From the NCBI GenBank assembly GCA_964392555.1, contig CAYMRG010000001.1, positions 19,842 to 53,065 on the forward strand: DNA of 33,224 nt, given 5' to 3'. The notes under the pieces are model-generated. The model did no database searches. It worked only from the letters and a program-made list of their open reading frames with translations, and was not told where the DNA came from. Origin of the DNA: an uncultured candidatus Brocadiaceae bacterium (lineage in GTDB: Bacteria; Planctomycetota; UBA1135; UBA2386). The position numbers and the translations under genes are program-made. Of this stretch, positions 20,266 to 28,776 are shown one piece after another (within the stretch, counting starts at the first letter, position 1; every line of letters begins with the position of its first letter).

Positions 20266-20294
20266 TTGCAATTTGGAACTCTACCTTCCATATT
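20266..20294 (+). promoter_or_regulatory. Candidate sigma70-type promoter (TTGCAA-N17-CATATT) in the only AT-rich patch of this intergenic region
   Basis: TTGCAA at 20266-20271, a 17-nt spacer, CATATT at 20289-20294. The predicted transcription start lies roughly at the ATG at 20302. Confidence 0.3.
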
Positions 20295-20356
20295 TCACAC
20301 CATGAACCGGCCGGTCCACCTCGCACGACTCGCCGATCTGGCGGCGCACGACGGCT

Positions 20357-21484
20357 ATGTGCTGCATTACGCCGGCGAGGTTCCCGGTGGTGGCGATCCT
20401 GGGCCCACGCCAGGTCGGCAAGACGACGCTCTCCCGCCAGTATGCGGACACCGTCGCCGGGGCGGTCCACACCTTCGACCTCCAGCGCGCCGCCGACCTG
20501 CGCGCGCTGCAGGACCCGATGCTCGCGCTCGAAGACCTGCGGGGCCTGGTGATCCTCGACGAGGTGCAGCGCCTGCCCGACGTGTTCTCGACCTTGCGCG
20601 TGCTCGCCGACCGGCCACGTCGTCCTGCCCGCTTCCTCGTGCTCGGCAGCGCTTCCGCCGAATTGCTGCGCCAGAGTTCGGAGACCCTCGCCGGTCGCAT
20701 CGCCTACCTGCACCTGACGGGCTTCCTGCCGGTCGAGGTCCCGCCGGCGCAGTTCGATCGCCTGTGGCTGCGCGGCGGCTTTCCCCGCTCGTTCCTGGCC
20801 CGCTCCGACGCCGCCAGCTTCACCTGGCGCGAAGAGTTCGTGACGACCTTCCTCGAACGCGATCTGCCCCAGCTCGGCTTTCGCACGCCGGCCGCGACGC
20901 TGCGCCGCTTCTGGAGCATGTTGGCGCATGCGCATGGCCAGATCTGGAACGCGTCGGATTTCGCACGCTCGCTGTCGGTCAGCAACCACACCACGCGTCA
21001 CTACCTCGACCTGCTGGCCTCGACGCTCGTCGTGCGCGTACTGCCCCCCTTCCACGAGAACCTGCAGAAGCGCCAGGTGAAGTCGCCCAAGGCCTACCTG
21101 GCCGACACGGGGCTGCTGCACACGCTGCTCGGCATCGCCACCGTTCGCGACCTGCGCGGCCACAGCAAGGCGGGCGCCTCGTTCGAGGGACTCGGCATCC
21201 AGGCCGTCGTCGAGCACCTGGGCGCAAGGCCGCACGAATGCCACTTCTGGGCCACGCACTCGGGCGCCGAGCTCGATCTCCTGGTGGTGCGCGGTCGCCG
21301 ACGCCTCGGCTTCGAGTTCAAGCTCGGCTCGGCCCCGGACGCCACCGCGTCGATGCACACGGCGTTGCGCGACCTGAAGCTGCAGAAGCTCTGGGTGATC
21401 CACGCCGGCAAGGACCGCTACAAGCTGACGCCCGGCATCGAAGCGATCCCGATCCACCGCCTGCGGGACATTCCCGGGCTGTGA
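20357..21484 (+). CDS. AAA-type ATPase with a DUF4143-like C-terminal domain (COG1373-like)
   Basis: Walker A GPRQVGKTTL. C-terminal FWATHSGAELDLLVVRGRRRLGFEFK pattern. The start is uncertain (see findings). Confidence 0.8.
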   Translation: MCCITPARFPVVAILGPRQVGKTTLSRQYADTVAGAVHTFDLQRAADLRALQDPMLALEDLRGLVILDEVQRLPDVFSTLRVLADRPRRPARFLVLGSASAELLRQSSETLAGRIAYLHLTGFLPVEVPPAQFDRLWLRGGFPRSFLARSDAASFTWREEFVTTFLERDLPQLGFRTPAATLRRFWSMLAHAHGQIWNASDFARSLSVSNHTTRHYLDLLASTLVVRVLPPFHENLQKRQVKSPKAYLADTGLLHTLLGIATVRDLRGHSKAGASFEGLGIQAVVEHLGARPHECHFWATHSGAELDLLVVRGRRRLGFEFKLGSAPDATASMHTALRDLKLQKLWVIHAGKDRYKLTPGIEAIPIHRLRDIPGL

Positions 21485-21540
21485 TCGTCTACCCTCGACG
21501 CCACGCGCAGCCTCCGCGCCGCCGTTCCGCGAGCCTTCCC

Positions 21541-22611
21541 ATGAACCACCGCTACCCCCTGCTGGCCGTTCTGCCGTTCGCCGTCGTCCTCGCCGCCCAG
21601 GACACACCTGCTGGCGCGACACCCAGTCCGAAGACCGCCGAACACGAACGGCTGGCGGCGTTCGTCGGCACCTGGCGCGTCGAAGGGTCGATGGCGGCGA
21701 TGCCGGGCGTGCCGGGCATGGAGAAGCCGACGCAGTGGCTCGCCACCGCGCACGCCGAGCTGGTCTGCGGCGGGCTTTGGCTGAAGGTCATCGAGGACGC
21801 CACCTGGCGCGGCGAGAGCTCGCACGGCGTGTGGCTGCTCGGCTACGACCCGCGGGCGAAGACCTACCAGTGCATCGCCGTGTCCGAGATGGACACCGAG
21901 CTGTGCTGCATCGAGGCGGACTACGACGCGACGGCGAAGACGTGGAACTTCCACGGCAAGACGTCGCGCGGCGCGATGCGCAGCGTGTTCGTGCTGGACG
22001 GCGACCGCGCCGAGGAAACCTGCTACGGCGTCGGCCCGGACGGCAAGGAGGTGCAGTTCCTGCACAGCGTGCGCACGCGGCTGAAGGACGCGCCGCCGCC
22101 TGTTCCGACCGAGGCTCTGGCTGCGGCTGCGCCGGTCGCCGCAAAGGGCGCCGCTCCCTCGCCCGCGCTCGCCGCGCTGCTCGCCGACTGCGGCATCTGG
22201 GACGGCGAGGTCGAGCTGCGGATGGGCGGACGGCCGACGAAGGCGAAGTGTCGCGACGTCGTCGTGCCGGTCTGCGGCGGTCATTGGACGTGGTCCGACC
22301 ACACCGGCTCGCTGATGGGCACGCCCTACGAGGCCCACGTGCTGACCGGCATCGACGGCGTGAGCGGACGCATCAACGCCATCTGGATCGACTCGACCGA
22401 CGGCGCGTTCCTGCGCACCGAGGGTGCCTTCGACGAGCAGCAGCAGACGCTGACGATGCTCGGCACGACCTTCGACCCGCGCGGCCAGCAGTCCGCGGTC
22501 GCCGTCACGGCGACGCACGCGGACAAGGACACGCGCCAGGTGCGCATGGTGTTCGGCGACGGCAAGCGGCCGCTGGTCCTGACGACCGACTACCGCCGCG
22601 CGGCGAAGTGA
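21541..22611 (+). CDS. Secreted protein with two tandem DUF1579-like domains
   Basis: Signal peptide MNHRYPLLAVLPFAVVLAAQ. Both halves show the L..F.G.W.(V/G)E...pattern followed by GG.W...... and ...GYD/IDS... segments. Confidence 0.6.
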   Translation: MNHRYPLLAVLPFAVVLAAQDTPAGATPSPKTAEHERLAAFVGTWRVEGSMAAMPGVPGMEKPTQWLATAHAELVCGGLWLKVIEDATWRGESSHGVWLLGYDPRAKTYQCIAVSEMDTELCCIEADYDATAKTWNFHGKTSRGAMRSVFVLDGDRAEETCYGVGPDGKEVQFLHSVRTRLKDAPPPVPTEALAAAAPVAAKGAAPSPALAALLADCGIWDGEVELRMGGRPTKAKCRDVVVPVCGGHWTWSDHTGSLMGTPYEAHVLTGIDGVSGRINAIWIDSTDGAFLRTEGAFDEQQQTLTMLGTTFDPRGQQSAVAVTATHADKDTRQVRMVFGDGKRPLVLTTDYRRAAK

Positions 22612-22620
22612 CCGCGCCGT

Positions 22621-25242
22621 TCAGCGGCGCGGGTTGAGGTGGATCTGCTGGATCGCCTCGCGCGCCTTCTGCGCGACCTCGGCGTCACCGTCGCTCGTCC
22701 ACTCGATCAGGAACGGCAGCGCTTCGGGCACGCCGAGCAGCCCCAGCGACGCGATCGCCAGAAGGCGCTGCGGCTTCGGCGCGCCGGGCTTCGCCTGCAG
22801 CAGCAGCTTTTCGGCGGCCGACGCGGGGCTCGCGTCGAGGCCCTTCAGCACGCGATCCCAGTGCGCCTGCTGCTCGTGGAAGAAGCGGATGCGCGTCAGC
22901 GCTTCGGTCGCGGCGGTGCGCACGTTCTCCTCGGGATCGCGCAGCAGTTCGAGCAAGCCGGGGACGGCTTCCTTGTCGACCTTGCCGCCGAGGTACTTCG
23001 CGGCGGCGGCACGTGTACTCGATGACTTGGCCTTCAGCAGCGGACGCAGGAGATCGGCGGCGGGCAGGAGCCTGCCTTCGACCGCCTGCTCGACGACCCA
23101 CTCGTCGATGTCCGCGTTGGCTCGACGCAGAAGCGCGTCCGCGTCGACCGCGATCTCACGCCGCAGCAGCTGTTCGGCAACGAATGTCACGATGCCCGGG
23201 TCGTCGCTCGCCAGCCGCTGTTCGAACTGCGGTCGGATGGCGGCGAACGCCTCGTCGTTGAGCCCGTAGATGTCGTCGAACTGCGCGCGACCGGCGTCGA
23301 GGCGGGCGAGCAGCCAGGCAGCGAAGGGGCCTTCGCCGTTGGCCCGGTTCAGTCGCCGGATGGCGACGGTCGACCACCGGCGGTCACCGTTTTCACCGAA
23401 GTGGTAGGAAACGCTCGTCGCAAGGACCTGCAGCAGCCGGTCGCCGATCAGATCACTGGTGAATCCGGCAGGGTTCCAGGACGAATCGCTCGTATGCGCC
23501 GCTGCGACGAACGCCTCGAGCTGCGCCTCGCTGTAGTGGTGCTCCACCGGATCGTGCGTCTCGAGCAGCAGCCGCAGCGCCGCCGTGCATGGCTTCTTCG
23601 CCAGCAAGGCCAGCACGGGTTCATCCGTGGCGCGCACCAGCGCGGTCGTGATCCGGGCGTAGAGCTGTGAGTTGGCCGGCTCGTTGGCGATGATGGCACG
23701 CAGCGCCGCGCGCACCGGTTCGTCCTGCGTGCGCGTGAACAAGTCCAACAGCAGGAGGATCGCGTTGGTCTGCACGTCCGAGCGGTGCGGACTCTCCGAC
23801 CAGCGCGCCAGCAGCCACTCGGCCGCGGCAGGGTTGCCGGTGTTCGCGATCGGCTTGCCGAACCGATCGAGCGCAATCTGCGGGTCCTTGACCGCCGCAG
23901 CCGCATCGCGCAACACCGGCCAGAGGCTCGGCGGCAGCTCGATCTTGGCAATGGCACCGAGGAATTGATCCCTCGCCGCGGAGCGTTCGGGGAGTCGTGG
24001 AAAGACGGCGAACACGGCCTCGGCGTTGTCGGTCGTCAGGCAGGTCGGCAAAACGCCAACGGGCGTGCACCCGAGTTCGAACCAGTGCACCAGTCGCTCG
24101 ACCTGCTCCGGCCCAATGCCGCTGTGATCCATCGCGACGGTGATCCAGTTTCGCGCCAGGTCGACGCCCTCACGGGGAAGCGCCTCGGCGCAGGCGTCGA
24201 TATTCGGCAACAGGGCTCGCCAGTCCGTCGCGTCGACCTTGCTCCAGAATTTGAGGTCGAACCGCAACTCGCCGCGCGTGCGAGTCAATTCGTCCAGAAT
24301 CAGCGCGACGCCGCTCCGAGTGCTCTGCAGGAGCGGACTCTGCAGGGACTCTCTCGCTGCGAGACCGATCTGCGGATCCGTGCACCTCAGCGCATCGCGC
24401 GCGATCTCGACGAATCGCTCGCGTTGTTCGGGGCGCAGCCGATCCTGATCGAGAGAACCCGCATGGCTCAGCAACCAGGCCTTTCGCTCGTTGTCGCCTT
24501 CGGCGCATGCGTCGACGACCGCATTCGGGTCGAACCGCTTGGCGATCTCATTCACCTCCAGGATGCCGCGCAGGGTATCGAACGGTGTGGGCAGCAGGTA
24601 CGCCTCGGCCACCTTCCACATCGCCGCGTGACGAATCGCAGGGATGCCGAGGACCACGTATGGGTTCAGCTCTGGCGACTGCGCCGCGCGCAGCAGGAAC
24701 TTCTCGGCCTCCTCGCCGCCGATCGCGAACAACACCGCAGCCAACCGCCCGCTGACCTGCGGCATGACGTTGTTGCGCGCCTGCTCCTCGATCGCCGCGA
24801 TCACGACCGGCACCGCGGGTTCGCCGATCCACAACAGCTTCTCGATGTCGACCTGGCCGTTCTGGCTCTTCTTGACCAGCGCCTCGGCCTGCTTGCGCAG
24901 CTCCGCGACGCGCGCCGCATCCTGCGCGACCTGCTCGGTGACGTCGTCCAGCGTCGCGACCTGCCCCTTGCCCCCCGCGGCGAGGAACGCCTTCGCCTCG
25001 TCGACGCGGCCCAGCTTCTGCAGCAGCGCACCGAGCCGCAGGTTGGTCGCCGCGCGGTCGGCGGCAGCGAGCTTCGCCCCGGCCAGCAGCTCGCGGTAGA
25101 GCCGTTCGGCGCGGGCGAGGTCGTGTTCCTGCTCCTCGACTGCGATCGCCTGGGCGAGCGTCGATTCGCTCCGGGGAGCCTCCTGGGCCGCGAGAACCGC
25201 GGCGAACGTCCACACGATGGCGGTTGCTTTCATGATGTTCAT
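22621..25242 (-). CDS. Large secreted HEAT/TPR-repeat protein
   Basis: Signal peptide MNIMKATAIVWTFAAVLAAQ. N-terminal TPR-like helices. C-terminal HEAT-like LLELLRDPEENVRTAATEAL and LIEWTSDGDAEVAQKAREAI. Confidence 0.7.
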   Translation of the reverse strand: MNIMKATAIVWTFAAVLAAQEAPRSESTLAQAIAVEEQEHDLARAERLYRELLAGAKLAAADRAATNLRLGALLQKLGRVDEAKAFLAAGGKGQVATLDDVTEQVAQDAARVAELRKQAEALVKKSQNGQVDIEKLLWIGEPAVPVVIAAIEEQARNNVMPQVSGRLAAVLFAIGGEEAEKFLLRAAQSPELNPYVVLGIPAIRHAAMWKVAEAYLLPTPFDTLRGILEVNEIAKRFDPNAVVDACAEGDNERKAWLLSHAGSLDQDRLRPEQRERFVEIARDALRCTDPQIGLAARESLQSPLLQSTRSGVALILDELTRTRGELRFDLKFWSKVDATDWRALLPNIDACAEALPREGVDLARNWITVAMDHSGIGPEQVERLVHWFELGCTPVGVLPTCLTTDNAEAVFAVFPRLPERSAARDQFLGAIAKIELPPSLWPVLRDAAAAVKDPQIALDRFGKPIANTGNPAAAEWLLARWSESPHRSDVQTNAILLLLDLFTRTQDEPVRAALRAIIANEPANSQLYARITTALVRATDEPVLALLAKKPCTAALRLLLETHDPVEHHYSEAQLEAFVAAAHTSDSSWNPAGFTSDLIGDRLLQVLATSVSYHFGENGDRRWSTVAIRRLNRANGEGPFAAWLLARLDAGRAQFDDIYGLNDEAFAAIRPQFEQRLASDDPGIVTFVAEQLLRREIAVDADALLRRANADIDEWVVEQAVEGRLLPAADLLRPLLKAKSSSTRAAAAKYLGGKVDKEAVPGLLELLRDPEENVRTAATEALTRIRFFHEQQAHWDRVLKGLDASPASAAEKLLLQAKPGAPKPQRLLAIASLGLLGVPEALPFLIEWTSDGDAEVAQKAREAIQQIHLNPRR

Positions 25243-25288
25243 GAGAGGCCCGACCCGGCATCGGCCGGTCCGGCGCAGGTCAGTTCGG

Positions 25289-25306
25289 TGTCAAGGAAGG
25301 GTCAAG
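25289..25306 (+). promoter_or_regulatory. Candidate OmpR-family response-regulator operator, site A (TGTCAAGGAAGGGTCAAG)
   Basis: GTCAAG half-sites at 25290-25295 and 25301-25306, 11 bp centre to centre. 75 nt upstream of ATG 25381. Matches site B at 17/18 positions. Confidence 0.5.
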
Positions 25307-25380
25307 CCGGGCCGTTCCGGCCACGAACGGCGGGAAGAAGCCCGCGCGGGCGGCGTCCGAGGGGCCCCAAGGAGACCACG

Positions 25381-26148
25381 ATGAAGTCCACGTTCGCCCT
25401 GTTGTCGCTGCTGACGTTCCTGCCATTCGCCACCGCCCAAGAGGGCCAGCAATCGCGCCCCGCGGGCTCGCGGCATGCGGCCGCCCAGGTGCAGGAACAG
25501 CAGCTCGTGCTCGAACCGGGCACGATCAAGCTGACCGACCTGATCGACCGCAGCGCGCGCTTCCTCGGCTGGAACATCCTCGCGCAGGAACAGGAGCTCG
25601 CCTCCAGCGGCGGCCAGTCGTCCGTGCAGCTGCAGAACCAGATCTCGGTCGATCACGACGGCTGCCTGGAGCTCGTGACGAGCCTGCTCTATCGCAGTGG
25701 CCTCGCGCTCGTGCCGCTCGACGAGGGCAAGAACCTCTACGAGGTCATCTCGCTGATGGGACCGCGCCAACGCGACATCAGCGCGCGAGCCAAGGCGACT
25801 ACCGTCGCCGACATCCTCGCACGGCCCAACCTCAAGGTCATGGTGACCACGGTCGTGCCGCTGCAGCACATCAACGCCCCGATCGCCACGAACGCGCTGC
25901 GTCCGTTCTTCGCCAGCACCGGCGGGCCGAGCGGCGGCTCGCTGACGCTCGGCAATGTCGGCAGCAACACCTCCCTGCTGCTGAGCGGCATGCAGGACCA
26001 GGTCGCCGCGGCCCTGCGCCTGATCCAGGCCTGCGACGTCGCGCCGCCGGCCGACCAGTTGCCGCCGTCGCTCGCCGACCGCGTCGAAGCGCTCGAACGC
26101 CGCATCGCCGAGCTGGAGCGCAAGCTGGCGAAGCCGCAGGACCGCTGA
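25381..26148 (+). CDS. Secreted stand-alone secretin N-domain (GspD N0/N1-like) protein ending in a coiled coil
   Basis: AAGGAGA lies upstream of the ATG. Signal peptide MKSTFALLSLLTFLPFATAQ. N0-like IKLTDLIDRSARFLGWNIL...LVTSLLYRSGLALVPL..GKNLYEVISL. N1-like VVPLQHINAPIATNALRPF....SNTSLLLSGMQDQVAAALRLIQACD. There is no secretin beta-barrel. Confidence 0.5.
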   Translation: MKSTFALLSLLTFLPFATAQEGQQSRPAGSRHAAAQVQEQQLVLEPGTIKLTDLIDRSARFLGWNILAQEQELASSGGQSSVQLQNQISVDHDGCLELVTSLLYRSGLALVPLDEGKNLYEVISLMGPRQRDISARAKATTVADILARPNLKVMVTTVVPLQHINAPIATNALRPFFASTGGPSGGSLTLGNVGSNTSLLLSGMQDQVAAALRLIQACDVAPPADQLPPSLADRVEALERRIAELERKLAKPQDR

Positions 26149-26169
26149 GGCTGGCCGCGCGCAGGCCAT

Positions 26170-26868
26170 TCACGCCTCCGCACGCTCGACGAGCCGGTAG
26201 CCGACGCCGTGCACCGTCAGCAGGTGCTGCGGCTGGCGCGCGTCGTCCTCGACCTTCTGCCGCAGGTTGAGCATGTGCGTGTCGATCGTGCGGTCGCCGA
26301 CGAACTGGTCGCCGCCCCACACCTCGCGCAGGAACTGCGCGCGCGACACGGCACGGCCCGCGTGCCGCCGCAGCAGTTGCAGCATGCCGGCCTCCTTCGG
26401 TGACAGCGTGTGCGTCAGACCACCGCGGACGACCGTGAACGCAGCGAGGTCGACCTGCGCCGCGCCGAGCGCAAACTGCTGGACGAACGCCGCATTCGTC
26501 CGTTCGCGGCGGCGCAGCATCGCCTTCGTCCGCGCCAGCAGCTCGCGCAGCGAGAACGGCTTGCTGACGTAGTCGTCGGCGCCGAGCTCGAGGCCGAGCA
26601 CCTTGTCGCTCTCCTCGCCGCGCGCGGTCAGCAGCAGCACCGGCGTATCGCCGTCGCGCGCGCGCAGCTCGCGCAGCAGCTCGAGCCCGCTCGGTCCGGG
26701 CAGCATGACGTCGAGCACGACGAGGTCGAAGCGCTGCTCGCGCAGCACGGCGCGCGCCTCGTGGCCGTCGGCGGCGGCCAGACACTCGTAGCCCTCGCCG
26801 GTGAATGCGTCGCGCAGGGCCGTGCGCAGGGTCGGGTCGTCTTCGACGAGCAGCAGGCGGAAGGTCAT
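26170..26868 (-). CDS. OmpR/PhoB-family response regulator (receiver domain plus winged-helix domain)
   Basis: MTFRLLLVEDDPTLR..., DLVVLDVMLPG, ADDYVSKPFSLRELLAR, and C-terminal TIDTHMLNLRQKVE...TVHGVGYRL. The start overlaps the kinase stop (ATGA at 26865-26868). Confidence 0.9.
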   Translation of the reverse strand: MTFRLLLVEDDPTLRTALRDAFTGEGYECLAAADGHEARAVLREQRFDLVVLDVMLPGPSGLELLRELRARDGDTPVLLLTARGEESDKVLGLELGADDYVSKPFSLRELLARTKAMLRRRERTNAAFVQQFALGAAQVDLAAFTVVRGGLTHTLSPKEAGMLQLLRRHAGRAVSRAQFLREVWGGDQFVGDRTIDTHMLNLRQKVEDDARQPQHLLTVHGVGYRLVERAEA

Positions 26869-28628
26869 GACGCGGTCTCCGCGGCGATCGGGAAAGTGAA
26901 CGTGAAGCATGCGCCCGCGGCCCCGTCGGCGCGTGCACAGCAGACGAGGTCGCCGCCGAGGCGGCGGGCGATCGTCCGCGCGAGGTAGAGGCCGATGCCG
27001 ACGCCGGGTTGGCCGCCGTGGGCGTGGTCGCGGCCGCGCACGAACCGCGCGAAGATCCGTTCGCGCTCGTCGGCCGGCACGCCGGGGCCGTGGTCGGCGA
27101 TCGCGATCTGCAGGTCGCCGTCGCGGCGCTTCGTCGCAAGCTCGAGCGGCGCCTTGCCGTACTTGCGCGCGTTGTCGAGCACCGACACCAGCGCCTGCAC
27201 CAGCGCGCCGCGATCGAGCCGCGCCGTCGCCGGCCCGCCGAACGCGTCGTCCCAGACGACCCGCACGCCGGCCTGCACGGCGACCGGCTCGAACAGCCGC
27301 AGCGTCTCGGCGACCACCTCGCCGACGTCGACCGCGCGCAGGTCGTAGGCGCGTTCGCCGCGCTCGAGGCGACCGAGGTCGAGCACGTTCTCGATCAACA
27401 TCGACAGCCGCCCCGCCTCGCCGGCGAGCATGCGGTAGTAGTCGCCTTCGCGGCCCTTGGCGCGGCCTTCGGCGAGCATCTCGCCGAGCAGGCGGATCGA
27501 AGCGAGCGGCGTCTTGAGTTCGTGCGTGACCGTGGTCAGGAACTCGGCCTGCGTGCGCACGGCGACCGCCTCGCGGCGCATCGCGCGCAGGTGCTGCCAC
27601 AGCGCACCCGCGAACGCGAGCAGCAGCGCACCGGTGAGCGCCGGCAGCAGCCATGGACGATCGCCGAGCGCCAGCGCTTCGCCGGCGACGACGCCGCGCA
27701 GACCCGGGACGTCGGCGAACGCGGCATCGCCTTCGCCTGCGGCCGCAAAGCTAGGCTCGACCAGCCACGGCCACTCCGGCAGCGCGCCCTCGTGCCCCGC
27801 GGCGCGTGCGGCCGCGACGAACCCGCGCGCATCGACGAACGCCGCCTCGCCGACCGCGGGGCCGGCCTCCGCCGGGTCGCGCACCATCACCCACAGCAGG
27901 CGCCCGTCGCCCGCCGCGCGCAGCTCCGTGCCGGTCGCGAGCCGCGCGCGCAGCGCCGCGTCGATCGCCTGCAGGCGCGCGCGCCGTTCGGCGATCGCGC
28001 TGGCCGTCGCGCGCCCCGGCACGCCCTCGGGCAGACCGGCCGCGATCGATGCCGGCAGGGCGCCGACCAGCGTCGCCAGCGACGCCGGCATCGGCGCGGT
28101 GCGCGGCAGGCGCGCCGCGGCGGCGACCGCGTTGGCGAGCAGGCGATGGCCGAGTTCGCGCGTCGTCACCCCGGCGAGCAGCGAGTCGAGCTCGTCGCGC
28201 AGGGTGGCGCAGCGCTCGACACCGCCGGCGCGCTGCGCCTGCCACGCCGCCGCCGCGAGCACCACGATGCGCTGCCGCGTCGGCAGGCTCGCGGCCAGCA
28301 GCGTGGCGAACTCGCGTTCGGCGGCGCCCGCATCGCGATCGGCGAACTCCGCGCGCGCGGCGCGGTCGAGGCGATCGGTCACGACCAGGTCCTCGTCCTC
28401 GCGCGCCGGCACTTCGTCGAGCCAGCCGATCTGGTCGTCGACCAGCACGCCGTCGCGGCCGAAGCCGACGCGCTGCTCGGCCGGCAGCGTCGCGAACGCG
28501 CGCGCCGAGCCGGCCGATTCGCGCAGGATCCGCTCGGCCAGCGCCGTGGCCCGCTCGAGCTCGAGTTCGCGCGCCTGCGCCTCGAGCCGCAGCGACCGCG
28601 CGAGCTGCAGCGTGAGCGCGACCGCCAC
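26865..28628 (-). CDS. Sensor histidine kinase with a ~330-aa periplasmic sensor domain
   Basis: H-box FLTTVTHELKTPLASI. N-box DNARKYG. G-boxes DHGPGVP and GVGIGLYLA. TM2 is PWLLPALTGALLLAFAGALW. The first canonical start is GTG 28628, but the reading frame and a TM1-like helix continue upstream (see findings). Confidence 0.85.
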   Translation of the reverse strand: MAVALTLQLARSLRLEAQARELELERATALAERILRESAGSARAFATLPAEQRVGFGRDGVLVDDQIGWLDEVPAREDEDLVVTDRLDRAARAEFADRDAGAAEREFATLLAASLPTRQRIVVLAAAAWQAQRAGGVERCATLRDELDSLLAGVTTRELGHRLLANAVAAAARLPRTAPMPASLATLVGALPASIAAGLPEGVPGRATASAIAERRARLQAIDAALRARLATGTELRAAGDGRLLWVMVRDPAEAGPAVGEAAFVDARGFVAAARAAGHEGALPEWPWLVEPSFAAAGEGDAAFADVPGLRGVVAGEALALGDRPWLLPALTGALLLAFAGALWQHLRAMRREAVAVRTQAEFLTTVTHELKTPLASIRLLGEMLAEGRAKGREGDYYRMLAGEAGRLSMLIENVLDLGRLERGERAYDLRAVDVGEVVAETLRLFEPVAVQAGVRVVWDDAFGGPATARLDRGALVQALVSVLDNARKYGKAPLELATKRRDGDLQIAIADHGPGVPADERERIFARFVRGRDHAHGGQPGVGIGLYLARTIARRLGGDLVCCARADGAAGACFTFTFPIAAETAS

Positions 28629-28722
28629 CGCGGCCCCGAGCAGGAGCAGCAGCGCCGTGATGCGGCCGGGTTGGCGCGGCGGAGTGGCGATGAACCGACG
28701 ATAGGTGGCCGCGCGCCGACCC

Positions 28723-28740
28723 TGTCAAGAAAGGGTCAAG
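28723..28740 (+). promoter_or_regulatory. Candidate OmpR-family response-regulator operator, site B (TGTCAAGAAAGGGTCAAG)
   Basis: GTCAAG half-sites at 28724-28729 and 28735-28740, 11 bp apart. It lies in the divergent region between the kinase/regulator operon and the GGCT-like gene. Confidence 0.5.
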
Positions 28741-28776
28741 GTGGACAGGCGCGGGGCGCCCACGGACCATCGCAGC

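Noticed and set aside
20183-21622. Upstream 480 codons of the 1208-aa ORF 17996..21622 (would make a giant metalloprotease)
   Set aside because: This part is antisense to the well-supported ATPase gene and has a junk-like composition. A textbook signal peptide follows the internal ATG at 20182. Analogous trimming was applied to 30862..33195 (start moved to 32154), 20266..22611 (21541), 23785..26148 (25381), 26170..27654 (26868), 29198..30190 (29962), 2181..3899 (2769) and 12126..14813 (14675).
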